Shown here in pieces: positions 1 to 9,684 of a DNA stretch of 64,000 bases; within the stretch, counting starts at the first letter, position 1, and each line of letters opens with the position of its first letter. A model generated the notes under the pieces. It had not been told where the DNA came from. It saw only the letters and a list, made by a program, of their open reading frames with translations, and did no database searches. Position numbers and translations under genes: made by a program. Source of the DNA: Longimicrobiales bacterium (lineage in GTDB: Bacteria; Gemmatimonadota; Gemmatimonadetes; Longimicrobiales; Gaopeijiaceae); the NCBI GenBank assembly GCA_963664435.2, contig CAXXKM010000003.1:1088001-1152000 (forward strand), written 5' to 3'.

Positions 1-1151
1 CAGGCGACCAGCGGGAAGGTGGCTGCGGTGGCGGCGATCCCGGAGGCAAGGCCCATGCGCAGCGCGGCGGGAAGGCGGGCGAGCCGGCCTGTGCGCAGGA
101 CCCGGCTCACGGGCGGCGAGAGCAGGACCAGACCCGCGGCGCCCGCGAAGGAGAGCTGGAACGCCACCGAGACGATGGCGTCCGGACGGGCCGCGAGCAG
201 CGCGATGAAAGCCGTGGCGAGCGCCCCCAGCGACGAGACCCGGCGCCCGAGCAGGCGACCCGCGGCGAGCGCCGCCAGGATGAACGCCGCGCGGGTGGCC
301 GCGACCGGTGACCCGATGGCGAGCACATAGGCCCAGCTTCCGGCGGCGGCCGCCAGCGGGGCCCGGCCGGGACCGAGCCCGAGGCGGCGCGCGAGCAGGT
401 AGAGAATGCCCGCGATCACCCCCACGTGGAAGCCGGAGATCGCGAGCAGGTGGGCGATGCCGGCCCGCGCCCACTGGTCGCGCACCTCGCGCGGGAGACG
501 CTCGCGGCGGGCCAGGATGAGCGCCTCGCCGAGGCCGGCGCGGGCCGGGTAGAGGGCGTCGAGGCGTTCGCGCACCACGGCCCGCAGGCGGACGGCGAGC
601 GGGACGGCCGGGGCCCGGGCGTCCACTTCGAGCGAGCGCACCACCAGGGTGCCCGCGTACTCGGGGGGCATGCCGCGGCGCAGCGGGCGCGCCAGCCACT
701 GGCCGCGGACCACCAGCGAGGCGGCGGCGGGCGGAACGGCAACGCCGTCGCGGACGACCGCGCGCACCCGGGCGCGGCATCCGCCGGGAAGCCCGGAGCG
801 GGCAAGAAAGGGTGCCGCGCCCTCCCCGGGCACTCCTTCGAAGTAGCCGTGAAGCTCCAGGGTGGCGCCGTACGGGATCGCGAGCTGGCAACTCCGGGCG
901 CGCGCCCCGGCCGAGGCCGTGCCGTGAAGCACGCCGCCGCACAGGGCGAGCAACAGACCGGTCGGAAGGGTCCGCAGTCGGAAGCGCCCCATGCGGCCGG
1001 GCCGGCGCGCAGGTGGCCGCGGGCGCTCCCATGAAAATATGGGCAGCGCGAGCAGCGATCCGCCCAACACCGCCGGCGTGAGCCACGCCGGCAAGTGAAC
1101 CACGGCCGTCCCCAGCCCGAAGGCCAGGGCCAGCCAGGTTACCGGCGGAAT
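1..1151 (-). CDS. comEC: ComEC/Rec2 DNA-uptake competence protein (5' part; runs off the window)
   Basis: Manual translation: GIAHLLAISGFHVG motif (~420-460) and hydrophobic segments. Frame is bounded by an upstream TAA at 1182-1184. Start uncertain (ATT 1151, GTG 1103 or ATG 992). Confidence 0.85.
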   Translation of the reverse strand, partial: MPPVTWLALAFGLGTAVVHLPAWLTPAVLGGSLLALPIFSWERPRPPARRPGRMGRFRLRTLPTGLLLALCGGVLHGTASAGARARSCQLAIPYGATLELHGYFEGVPGEGAAPFLARSGLPGGCRARVRAVVRDGVAVPPAAASLVVRGQWLARPLRRGMPPEYAGTLVVRSLEVDARAPAVPLAVRLRAVVRERLDALYPARAGLGEALILARRERLPREVRDQWARAGIAHLLAISGFHVGVIAGILYLLARRLGLGPGRAPLAAAAGSWAYVLAIGSPVAATRAAFILAALAAGRLLGRRVSSLGALATAFIALLAARPDAIVSVAFQLSFAGAAGLVLLSPPVSRVLRTGRLARLPAALRMGLASGIAATAATFPLVA

Positions 1152-1181
1152 CCAGGTGTTGCGCTTCCCTCCTCGGCCAAA

Positions 1182-1208
1182 TTACGCATTTTACGCAATT
1201 TACGTATT
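1182..1208. repeat. 3x 9-bp AT-rich tandem repeat (TTACGCATT/TTACGCAAT/TTACGTATT)
   Basis: Directly visible; the same unit occurs in reverse complement at 24635-24670. Confidence 0.85.
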
Positions 1209-1520
1209 CTCGCCGCCATCAGCTTCCTCCGCGTCGAAGAGGTCGTGCTGGGTCAGGTCCGAGCCACCTTCCGCCCGAGCCTCTTCGATGAGCCGGTCGC
1301 GCAGGATCTTGCGTACGCGCAGATCGGTGTGGAGCCCGGCCAGGAGCATCACCAGCATGCCCACCAGGAGCGCCGCGAAGGCCACCATCGTGACCGGGAA
1401 CCGGTAGAACCGGGCGAATCCCAGGTCGAGCGTGATGCGCTGGCCGCCATTATGCACGGTAAACCAGATCACCAGCCCGACAAAGGCCGCTACCCCGGCA
1501 AACGCCAGCCATCTGGTCAA
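1200..1520 (-). CDS. LapA/DUF1049-family small membrane protein
   Basis: Two TM segments around HNGGQRITLDLGF; TTG start overlaps the miaB stop (TTGA). Confidence 0.7.
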   Translation of the reverse strand: MTRWLAFAGVAAFVGLVIWFTVHNGGQRITLDLGFARFYRFPVTMVAFAALLVGMLVMLLAGLHTDLRVRKILRDRLIEEARAEGGSDLTQHDLFDAEEADGGENT

Positions 1521-3022
1521 GTCGGCTCCGGGGGCTGGAATCCATTCGCCAGCTGGCGGCCCGTGAAGGTGGCGCCGGTCGTCCCGGTGAGCTCCACGGT
1601 CGCGTACGCCCCCTCGAGGCTCGGGGACGCGGCGAAAGCGACTACCTTCCCGCGCCGGGTGCGCCCCAGCATCTGCCCCGGACCGCGCGCCTCCCTTTCG
1701 ACCAGCACCTCCTCGACCCGTCCCACCTCGGAGCGGTTGATCGCGGTCTGGATGGATCGCGCCACCCCGATCAGCTCGCTCAGACGGGCCGCCGCCTCGC
1801 CGTCCTCGATGAACCAGTGCGCCGGCATGCGGGTCGCGGGGGTGCCCTCGCGGGGCGAATAGCGATAGGTGTAGACGTCGTCGAAGCGAACCGTGCGCAG
1901 CAGATCCAGGGTGTCCTCGAAGTCGCTTCGGGTCTCTCCCGGAAAGGCGCAGATGATGTCGGTGGACAGCGCGATGTCGGGGATCGCCTCGCGCACCATC
2001 TCCACCCGCTCGAGGAAGCTCTCCACCGTGTAACGGCGCAGCATGCGCTTCAGGGTGCGGTCGTTCCCGGACTGCGCGGGAAGGTGCAATTGCTCGCACA
2101 CCGCGGGCTCGGAGGCCATCACCTCCACGAGTTCGGGGGTGACGTCGTTCGGGTGCGGCGAGGTGAAGCGCACGCGGCGGATGCCGGGAATGCGGGCCAC
2201 GCCGGCGAGCAGGCGGGCGAAGCTCCATTCGCCGCTTGCGTACGAGTTCACCGTCTGGCCCAGCAGGGTGACCTCGGTGACGCCGGTGGCGGCGATGCCC
2301 CGGATCTCCGCCAGGACCTCCTCGGGACGGCGGTTCTTCTCGGGCCCGCGGACGTAGGGGACGATGCAGAAGGTGCAGCGGTGATCGCACCCCCGCTGGA
2401 TCGGGACCCACGCCGAGATGCGCGACGTGCGGCGCTGCTCGAGGCCCTCGTAGTTCTCGGACAGGTCCAGGGAAAGGACAGAGAGGCGCCGGCCGGGCTC
2501 GGAGAGGGCGTCGAGCCGCTCGGGCAGCTCCCGGTATCCGTCGGGGCCCATCACCAGGTCGACGTAGGGAGCCTGCTCCAGAAGCGTGTCGCCCATGCGC
2601 TGGGCCATGCAGCCGGTGACGCCGATCACCAGATCGGGGTTGTCCCGCTTCAGGCCGTTCAGCTGCGACACCCGTCCGAGGACGCGCCGTTCCGCGTGTT
2701 CCCGGATGGCGCAGGTGTTGACCAGCACCACGTCCGCCTGTCCCGGGGTATCGGCCACGGCATAGCCCCGGCGCTCGAGAATGCCGGCCATCAGCTCGCC
2801 GTCGCTGATGTTCATCTGGCAGCCGTAGGTCTCGACGTAGACGCGTTTCCGGGCCGGCGCCGGGCGTTCGTCGGCGGGGACGGACGCCATGCCGGGGGCG
2901 GATGCGACGCCGGGGGCCGAGGCCGGGTTCGCCCCGGTCGCCGGGAGATGCTCGCCGGACGTCACCGGCAGTCTGACGGTGGAACCGGACGCCGCCGGAG
3001 CGGTTTCGGCCCGTGCGCCCAT
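1517..3022 (-). CDS. miaB: tRNA-2-methylthio-N6-dimethylallyladenosine synthase MiaB
   Basis: ETYGCQMN, NTCAIRE, GCMAQ, radical-SAM CDHRCTFC and a C-terminal TRAM-like region; ATG overlaps the upstream TGA. Confidence 0.95.
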   Translation of the reverse strand: MGARAETAPAASGSTVRLPVTSGEHLPATGANPASAPGVASAPGMASVPADERPAPARKRVYVETYGCQMNISDGELMAGILERRGYAVADTPGQADVVLVNTCAIREHAERRVLGRVSQLNGLKRDNPDLVIGVTGCMAQRMGDTLLEQAPYVDLVMGPDGYRELPERLDALSEPGRRLSVLSLDLSENYEGLEQRRTSRISAWVPIQRGCDHRCTFCIVPYVRGPEKNRRPEEVLAEIRGIAATGVTEVTLLGQTVNSYASGEWSFARLLAGVARIPGIRRVRFTSPHPNDVTPELVEVMASEPAVCEQLHLPAQSGNDRTLKRMLRRYTVESFLERVEMVREAIPDIALSTDIICAFPGETRSDFEDTLDLLRTVRFDDVYTYRYSPREGTPATRMPAHWFIEDGEAAARLSELIGVARSIQTAINRSEVGRVEEVLVEREARGPGQMLGRTRRGKVVAFAASPSLEGAYATVELTGTTGATFTGRQLANGFQPPEPT

Positions 3023-4242
3023 CAGAAACTCGATGCCCGGAAGGAGAAGGTGTAGCGCGAGAAAGACTCCGAAATCGAGTCCGTCGCGCGCGTGCCTCTC
3101 TCGTACGAGAAGTCGAAGGCGGCGATGATGAGGGTTTCGGTCTCGATCAGGTTCCAGCCGAAGCCGGCGGCGAAACCGCTCTCGGTGGGGGTCGAGGCGT
3201 CGATGGAGAAAGGCAGTCCGGCGCTGCGGTAGCCGACGCGGACCGGGAGGCTGCGGCCGAACAGGCCCATCCCCGACCACTCCATCCCTCCTCCGAAAGT
3301 GGTGACGGCGCCCCGCGCGGACGCGCCCGCGCCCGATTCGCTCGGTGTCCAGTTGGAACGCCCGAAACCGAAGGTGGCCGCCACCACGGGGGTGAGCATC
3401 GCGCTCGCGCCGACGCGGAATTCAGTGGGGAGCTCGAAGCGGGCTTCCCCGCCCTCGGTCTGCCCCACAGGGGTCGCCCGCAGGTCGCCGGACCAGGTCA
3501 GGCTGCCGGAGATGCGCAGGAAGTCGCGAAAATCCCACATGGCGCCCAGCCCGAAGGTGGTGCCCGTCATTTCCCAGCGCCCGCGCTCCCGGAAACGGTC
3601 GCTGGACTCCTGTTCCTCGTCCTCGACGACGCCGATGGTGCGCGAGAAGCTCCGCACCTGGGTCCCGGTGTGGAAACCGAGGTTCGCCGCGACCGAAAGG
3701 CTTCCGGACAGGGCGCGCGCGAAGCCGATGCGGGCCGCGCCCACGCTGCCATCGGACTCGTAGGTGTCGGCGACGTCGATCGAGTCCTGCTCCTGGGCGA
3801 GACGAAGGGTCCGTTCGGCCTTCCAGTTCTGTTCCAGGAGGCCCCCGTAGGACAAGGTGGCGACCCCGTAGTTCCGCACCGGGTAGGACAACGCCAGCAG
3901 GGGGAAGCGGGTGCCTTCGATCGGGATGATCTCGTCGCCGATGGTGGCCGCGCCGCGGCTGGGCTGGATGGTGACGGAGACGCTGGGGACGGTGATCCGG
4001 CTGGCGCGGGCCGGGTCCGTGGGAAGCACGGCGCCGCCGAAGAGACCGACCCCCACCGAGCCGAGCGCGCGCGATCGCCCGTCGAGCGCCTCCAGGGGAA
4101 TGCCCAGGCCCTGGCTGCCGATGAGCGACTGGGCGAGCAGCGGCCGGGGTGCTGCGAAGGCGAGGAGCGCGAGGGTGGCGGCCGCGAAGGGAGCCGCGGC
4201 CGCCAACCGGCAGGCGATGCGGGAACGGGCACGGGTGTTCAT
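3022..4242 (-). CDS. Secreted outer-membrane beta-barrel protein (FadL/PorV-like, hypothetical)
   Basis: Signal peptide ending in LLA-QS, DGRSRALG motif, amphipathic beta strands, terminal Phe. Confidence 0.65.
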   Translation of the reverse strand: MNTRARSRIACRLAAAAPFAAATLALLAFAAPRPLLAQSLIGSQGLGIPLEALDGRSRALGSVGVGLFGGAVLPTDPARASRITVPSVSVTIQPSRGAATIGDEIIPIEGTRFPLLALSYPVRNYGVATLSYGGLLEQNWKAERTLRLAQEQDSIDVADTYESDGSVGAARIGFARALSGSLSVAANLGFHTGTQVRSFSRTIGVVEDEEQESSDRFRERGRWEMTGTTFGLGAMWDFRDFLRISGSLTWSGDLRATPVGQTEGGEARFELPTEFRVGASAMLTPVVAATFGFGRSNWTPSESGAGASARGAVTTFGGGMEWSGMGLFGRSLPVRVGYRSAGLPFSIDASTPTESGFAAGFGWNLIETETLIIAAFDFSYERGTRATDSISESFSRYTFSFRASSF

Positions 4243-5915
4243 CTCATGCTCATCCCGGAAAGCTGGCTGATGAGGATGCGCAGCAGCGGCGGCGAACTGG
4301 AGTCGGGCCCCAGGAACCGCATCAGCTCGAAGCTCTGCGGTTCGATGGCGGCCAGCAGCGCCAGCGTGTTGGGCGCCGGAACGCTGTCTTCGGTGATGCC
4401 CCGCGCCAGGTCCTTGACGAAGCTGGTGATGGGTATCTCGAGCACGCGCCCCTCCTCGCCGGCGAAGATCTCCGGGGGCACCTGCAGGACGGGGACCTGG
4501 ATCGAGTTGCCCAGAGGCGCGCGCGGCAGGTGCTCGGGCGACGGAATCGGGCGGGCGTCGACGAAGAGCGTATCGGTGGGGCGCAGCGCCGCGTCGGCGG
4601 AACCCGGGGTCAGGATGAGCGCCGCCTGGGTAATGCCGTCGGCGCTGAGTGGCAGGGTGCACGCGCCCGAGGGACAGGAGTCGTCGCGGATGCGCAGCGA
4701 GGACGGCAATTGCACCTCGAAGACGGTGCGCCACGCGGGGGCGCCGCCGATCTGCAGCGCGCCCTCGGGCAGCGAGGGCACCGGGTCGTAGACGAAGGTC
4801 AGTTGTTCGGCAAAGGTGTCCGTGGTGACCATCGTGTCCGACCGGATCGACGGTAGCGCGTCCATCACCAGATTGGCCGAACGCACCTTTACGCGCTGGC
4901 CGGGCGTGACCATCCGCACAAGCATGCCGCGGGCTTCGTCGTCGGTGTCCCACGCCTCGATGACCAGGGTGTCGATGGCGAAGAAGACGGAGTCGGATTC
5001 CGCCGGATCCCACACCGCCGTGGCGATCGGCGTGGCGTCCCCGCCGCCGGCGTTGGCCCAGGGGACCTGTTCCCCGAGGGTGTCCACGGCGTGGACGAAG
5101 GTGGCGGAGGACGGATGCCATCTTTCGCTGATGAGCGATGCGGACAACGTCACCGGTCCGGAGGGGGCGGCGAGGGTATCGAAACGGAGGACCGCGCGCC
5201 CGCCGATCAGCGTCAGGTTCGGGTCGGTCACCGTGGTGCCGGCAGTGTCGCGAATGCTCGCGGAGCGCGGTATGGGACCGAACCGCACCAGCGTGCGCGC
5301 CTCGAGGCCGTCTTCGCCGAACTCGCTGGCGACCAGGGGAAAGGCCACGTCCGACGCCCGGCCGAAGCCACCGAACACCTGAACGCCGCGGGCGAACTCG
5401 TCGTGGGAGAGATAGACCTCCGAGGTGACCACCGTCACGGGAAAGGTCAGCCCTTCGACCGCGGTGGGCGTGTCGTATCCGCAGGCACCGGCGAGGAGCG
5501 CGGCCACCGCGGCGAGCGTGCGGGCGGCGCGGTTCAGCCGGAAGGGCGCGGGCAGGAGCGTGGCCAGGCTCCAGTCGGCGGTTCCCTCGGGGGACTCGGA
5601 GCGGACCGGGAGTCCGGGCGCAAATTCGGCGAGGGCCTGGCGGCAAAGTCCGCACGGCGAAGCGGGCGGACCGGACGAGGTGCTGACGGCGATTCGGGTG
5701 AACGACCGGTGTCCACCAGCCACGGCCGCGGCCAGCGCCGAGCGCTCGGCGCACAGGGTGAGGCCGTAGGAGGCGTTCTCCACGTTGCATCCCGAGAACA
5801 CCGCGCCATCCGCCGTCTCCAGTGCGGCGCCGACCTGGAACCCGGAATAGGGAGCATAGGCGCGCTCGCGCGCGGCGCGCGCATCACTCAGAAGTCGCTC
5901 GAAGGCGTCCGTCAT
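4239..5915 (-). CDS. cdd: Cytidine deaminase N-terminus fused in frame to a putative lipoprotein
   Basis: AYAPYS, NVENASYGLTLCAE and PCGLCRQ motifs in aa 1-127; lipobox LAGAC at Cys145, then ~410 aa of unknown function. Confidence 0.8.
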   Translation of the reverse strand: MTDAFERLLSDARAARERAYAPYSGFQVGAALETADGAVFSGCNVENASYGLTLCAERSALAAAVAGGHRSFTRIAVSTSSGPPASPCGLCRQALAEFAPGLPVRSESPEGTADWSLATLLPAPFRLNRAARTLAAVAALLAGACGYDTPTAVEGLTFPVTVVTSEVYLSHDEFARGVQVFGGFGRASDVAFPLVASEFGEDGLEARTLVRFGPIPRSASIRDTAGTTVTDPNLTLIGGRAVLRFDTLAAPSGPVTLSASLISERWHPSSATFVHAVDTLGEQVPWANAGGGDATPIATAVWDPAESDSVFFAIDTLVIEAWDTDDEARGMLVRMVTPGQRVKVRSANLVMDALPSIRSDTMVTTDTFAEQLTFVYDPVPSLPEGALQIGGAPAWRTVFEVQLPSSLRIRDDSCPSGACTLPLSADGITQAALILTPGSADAALRPTDTLFVDARPIPSPEHLPRAPLGNSIQVPVLQVPPEIFAGEEGRVLEIPITSFVKDLARGITEDSVPAPNTLALLAAIEPQSFELMRFLGPDSSSPPLLRILISQLSGMSMR

Positions 5916-7018
5916 GCTTGCCAGATCCGCGGAAGTCGGCCGGTCAGGCCGGTGAGGACCTCGTAGTTGATGGTGCCGGCCTGATCCGCCACCTCTTCGA
6001 CCGTGATCTCCTCATCCCGGTCGGAACCGATAAATGTAACGATATCGCCGGCGCGCGCGTCGGGGACGCGCGAGATCTCTACCACCGTGACGTCCATGGA
6101 GATCCTTCCGACCAGGGGAACCCGCCGCCCGCGCACCAGGGCGTGCCCGCGGTTTCCCAGAGCGCGCGGCAGGCCGTCGCCGTACCCGATCGCGACGGTG
6201 GCCCAGCGCTCGGGCGCCCGCGCGACATGGGTGGCGCCGTAGCCCAGGGAGCTGCCGGCGGGGACGTCGCGCACCAGAGTGATGCGGGCGCGCACGGCCA
6301 CCACCGGAGCCGGGCGGGGCAGGTCGAGGGCGGAGCGCCCTCCGAACAGGAAGATGCCGGGACGTACCGCACTGCCGGCGTACTGCGGGCGGCGCAGGAC
6401 CCCCGCTGAGTTGCAGGCGTGGACCCACGCATCCGCGGGCAGGGACAGGCGGTCGACGACGTCCTGCAGGCGCGCCCACTGCCGGTCGATGGTGCCGGCG
6501 TCCTCGTCGGCCGAGTGGAAGTGGGTGTAGCATCCGCCCCAGCGGAGCGGGGGAGCGGCCAGCGCCGCCGCTTCCCTTCCCCAGGTCTCCGCCGAGCGCC
6601 AGTCGAGACCGGCCCTGCCCATCCCCGTGTCCACTTCCATGTGGAAGGTGGCGCGGCGCCCGCGGCGGGCGGCTTCCGCGGCGAGGGCCCGCAGGCTGTC
6701 CAGGTCGGACAAACACAGGGTCAGGCCGGCATCAACGGCCGCCGGGTGGGAGGAAGCGGGGGCCGGGGTCATCACCAGCACCGGGCGCCCGACCCCGAGC
6801 GCCCGCAGCTCCAGCCCCTCCTCCACCGTCGCCACCCCGTAGCCGTCCGGCTCCGCGGCCTCAAGAGCCGCTACCGCGTCGCGCACGCCCAGCCCGTACG
6901 CGTTTGCCTTGATCATCGGGACGACGGCGGCGGCCCGGGCAGCCTGCCGGATGTGCGCGAGGTTGGCGCGCAACGCCGCGGCATCGACCTCCACCCAGGC
7001 GCGTGACCGGAGATCCAC
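5912..7018 (-). CDS. alr: Alanine racemase
   Basis: IKANAYGLG PLP-lysine motif, DTGMGRAG, GYGDG, GRISMD, TINYE; start uncertain (GTG 7018 or TTG 7057). Confidence 0.95.
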   Translation of the reverse strand: MDLRSRAWVEVDAAALRANLAHIRQAARAAAVVPMIKANAYGLGVRDAVAALEAAEPDGYGVATVEEGLELRALGVGRPVLVMTPAPASSHPAAVDAGLTLCLSDLDSLRALAAEAARRGRRATFHMEVDTGMGRAGLDWRSAETWGREAAALAAPPLRWGGCYTHFHSADEDAGTIDRQWARLQDVVDRLSLPADAWVHACNSAGVLRRPQYAGSAVRPGIFLFGGRSALDLPRPAPVVAVRARITLVRDVPAGSSLGYGATHVARAPERWATVAIGYGDGLPRALGNRGHALVRGRRVPLVGRISMDVTVVEISRVPDARAGDIVTFIGSDRDEEITVEEVADQAGTINYEVLTGLTGRLPRIWQA

Positions 7019-7332
7019 GGGGGTTCCCGCGGAGGATGAAGATGGACGATCAGCCAATGCTATCCTGGAGCTAGGGAATCCCGGGTCCCCGACGATCCGG
7101 CCAAAGGTGCCGATGCCGGAGTCGAGGGGCAACAATTCGCCGCGCGACCGCTACACGGCGTCTGGACTTCTCCCCAAAGGTCCGGAATACTACTCCCGGC
7201 AACATCGTCCGGGTGCGCCGCCGTGGGCATCCGAGCCCCGGTGCGCCGCGACGCGCAAGCGGCCATCCATGACTGGCCCATCCCCCATTCCCCATTCCGA
7301 TCCCCAGCCCCAGGCGACCCCGCCCCGATATC

Positions 7333-8229
7333 GTGACAGCCAGCGACCATCGCATCGCGCATTCAGCCGACGGCACGGCATCCGACGCCACGGAATCCGA
7401 CAACACGGCTTCCGACGGCACGGCTTCCGACGGCATCGGCCCTTCAGAGGGCGCTCTCGACCGCGCGCTCGCCATCGTGGAGTTCCTGCGCGCGAACTGT
7501 CCCTGGGACCGGGCTCAAACGGCCGAGTCGCTCATCCCGTACCTCATCGAGGAAAGCCAGGAGGTGGTGGACGCGATTCGCTCCGAGGATGCCCGGGAAC
7601 TCGAGGGCGAACTCGGCGACCTGCTTCTCAACGTCGCCTTTCAGATCGTGCTCGCCGAGGAGGCGGAGGCCTTCGACCGGAATGCGGTGGTGGATCGGCT
7701 GGAGGCGAAGATGAAGCGACGCCATCCGCATCTCTTCGGCGAAGGGGAGAGGGAGAACTGGGAGGCGCTCAAGGCCAGGGAACTCCCGGGCGGTGAGAGC
7801 GTCCTCTCCGGGCTTCCCGCCGGGCTGGACCCCTTGCTGCGCGCACATCGCATACAGGAAAAGCTGAGCGGCGTCGGCTTCGACTGGGAAGACGCGGAGG
7901 GAGCCCGCCTCAAGGTGGCCGAGGAGCTGGAGGAGATGCGGGCCGCGCTCGACGGCGGAGATCCCCGGGAGGTGATGGACGAGGCAGGCGATCTCCTCTT
8001 CACGGCGGTCAACCTCGCGCGCCTCGCGGGCGTGCATGCGAGCAACGCGCTCGCGCGCACCAACCAGAAGGTCGAGGCCCGTTTCCGGCGTGTGGAGGAA
8101 CTCGCCCGCGACGGCGGCAGGCGGGTGGCGGAGATGTCGCTCGAAGAACTTGACGCGCTCTGGGACGCGGTGAAGGCGGAGGCGCGGGTCAGGGCGTCAG
8201 GCGATTCATCAGCCGGGGGAACGGAATGA
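7333..8229 (+). CDS. mazG: Nucleoside triphosphate pyrophosphohydrolase MazG
   Basis: CPWDRAQT, ELGDLL, RRHPHLF, GFDW and EAGDLLF tandem MazG domains. Confidence 0.93.
   Translation: MTASDHRIAHSADGTASDATESDNTASDGTASDGIGPSEGALDRALAIVEFLRANCPWDRAQTAESLIPYLIEESQEVVDAIRSEDARELEGELGDLLLNVAFQIVLAEEAEAFDRNAVVDRLEAKMKRRHPHLFGEGERENWEALKARELPGGESVLSGLPAGLDPLLRAHRIQEKLSGVGFDWEDAEGARLKVAEELEEMRAALDGGDPREVMDEAGDLLFTAVNLARLAGVHASNALARTNQKVEARFRRVEELARDGGRRVAEMSLEELDALWDAVKAEARVRASGDSSAGGTE
7367..7440 (+). repeat. ~5x 15-bp tandem repeat in the mazG 5' end (SDGTA-like)
   Basis: (t/g)ccgacggcacggc(a/t)-like units are visible. Confidence 0.75.
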
Positions 8230-9487
8230 GCTCGCGGATGTGCGGGCGCCCGGTCATCCACGCCGTGAAGCGCTCGATCCCGAGACCGAATCCCGAGTGC
8301 GGGAAGGTGCCGTAGCGGCGCAGGTCCAGATACCAGCCGTAGGCCTCCGCGGGCAGCTTTTCCTCGTCGATGCGCGCCTCGAGCCTGTCGAGATCGTCCT
8401 CGCGCTGGCTCCCGCCGATGATTTCGCCGTAGCCCTCGGGGGCGATGAGGTCGTTGCACAGCACGGTTCGGGGGTCGTCGGGGTTTTCCTTCATGTAGAA
8501 GGCCTTCGCCCCCTTGGGATAGTTGTAGACGAAGACCGGGCGGTCGAAGTGCTCCGCGATGCGGGTCTCGTCGGCGCCGCCAAGGTCCGCGCCCCATTGG
8601 GTGTCGCTGCCGGCCGCGCGCACGATCTCGACCGCCTCCGTATAGCTGACCCGCGGGAAGGGCGCCTGGATGCGCTCGAGGGCCGAGAGGTCGCGGCCGA
8701 GCACCTCCAGCTCGCCGGCGCACCGCTCCAGCGTGCGACCGACCAGGTAGACCACCAGATCCTCCTGGAGGCGCATGTTGTCCTCGGAGTCTGCGAACGC
8801 GACCTCGGGCTCGAGCATCCAGAACTCGGTCAGATGGCGCCGGGTCTTGGATTTCTCGGCGCGGAAGGTGGGACCGAAGCAGTACACCTTGCGGAATGCG
8901 GGACACGCCGCCTCCACGTACAGCTGCCCGGTCTGCGCCAGGAAGGCGCGCTCGCCGAAGTATTCGGTCTCGAACAGGGTGCCCGCGGATTCGCCGATGG
9001 CGCCGGTGAGGATGGGGGTGTCGATGCGGACGAAATCGCGCTCGTGCAGGAAGTCGTGGATGCCCTTCTCCACCTCGGAGCGGATGCGCAGGCCGGCGCG
9101 CTGGGCCGAGGAACGCAGCCAGAGATGCCGGTAATCGAGCAGGAACTCGACGCCGTGCTCCTTGGGCTGGATGGGGAAGTCCACGGACGCGCCCAGCAGC
9201 CGCACGTCTTCCACAAGAAGCTCGTAGCCGCCCGGAGAGCGTGCGTCCTCCTGCACCGCGCCGGTGACCGCCACGCAGGATTCCTGCGAGAGTGCGCAGC
9301 CGAGCTCCCAGGCGTCGGGAGAGAGCTGCTTGCGCAGCATGACGCCCTGTGCCACGCCGGTGCCGTCGCGCACCACCAGGAAGGCAACCCGGCCGTGGAC
9401 GCGCACGTGCTCCACCCAGCCGCGTATCGTGACGCTCCGGCCGGCGCTGGCGCCGAGTTCGCGTACGACGGTTTCGGCGGAAGCCAT
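8189..9487 (-). CDS. asnS: Asparagine--tRNA ligase
   Basis: OB-fold N-terminus, FGPTFRAEKSKTRRHLTEFWM, GEIIGGSQRE, GFGLGIER. Confidence 0.95.
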   Translation of the reverse strand: MASAETVVRELGASAGRSVTIRGWVEHVRVHGRVAFLVVRDGTGVAQGVMLRKQLSPDAWELGCALSQESCVAVTGAVQEDARSPGGYELLVEDVRLLGASVDFPIQPKEHGVEFLLDYRHLWLRSSAQRAGLRIRSEVEKGIHDFLHERDFVRIDTPILTGAIGESAGTLFETEYFGERAFLAQTGQLYVEAACPAFRKVYCFGPTFRAEKSKTRRHLTEFWMLEPEVAFADSEDNMRLQEDLVVYLVGRTLERCAGELEVLGRDLSALERIQAPFPRVSYTEAVEIVRAAGSDTQWGADLGGADETRIAEHFDRPVFVYNYPKGAKAFYMKENPDDPRTVLCNDLIAPEGYGEIIGGSQREDDLDRLEARIDEEKLPAEAYGWYLDLRRYGTFPHSGFGLGIERFTAWMTGRPHIRELIPFPRLMNRLTP

Positions 9488-9684
9488 GGTGGTCTCCTGA
9501 GGTGGAATCGACGGGATCGACGGTCCCCGGGCGCGGGCCGTCGGCGGCTGGCAGCCTGCGGACTGCTAGTCTGTCATGGTCCGGGCGTCAAGTCCAACCC
9601 GCCGGGCCCTGTCGACAGAGGATGAACCCGGTCAGGTTCGTCGCCCGGCGCGGTCGACATCCGGCTGGATCACCCGGTCGTGTT

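Noticed and set aside
1176..1184. AATTTGG match between putative guide B and the comEC leader
   Set aside because: Only 7 nt, depends on the assumed scaffold boundary, and is expected by chance.
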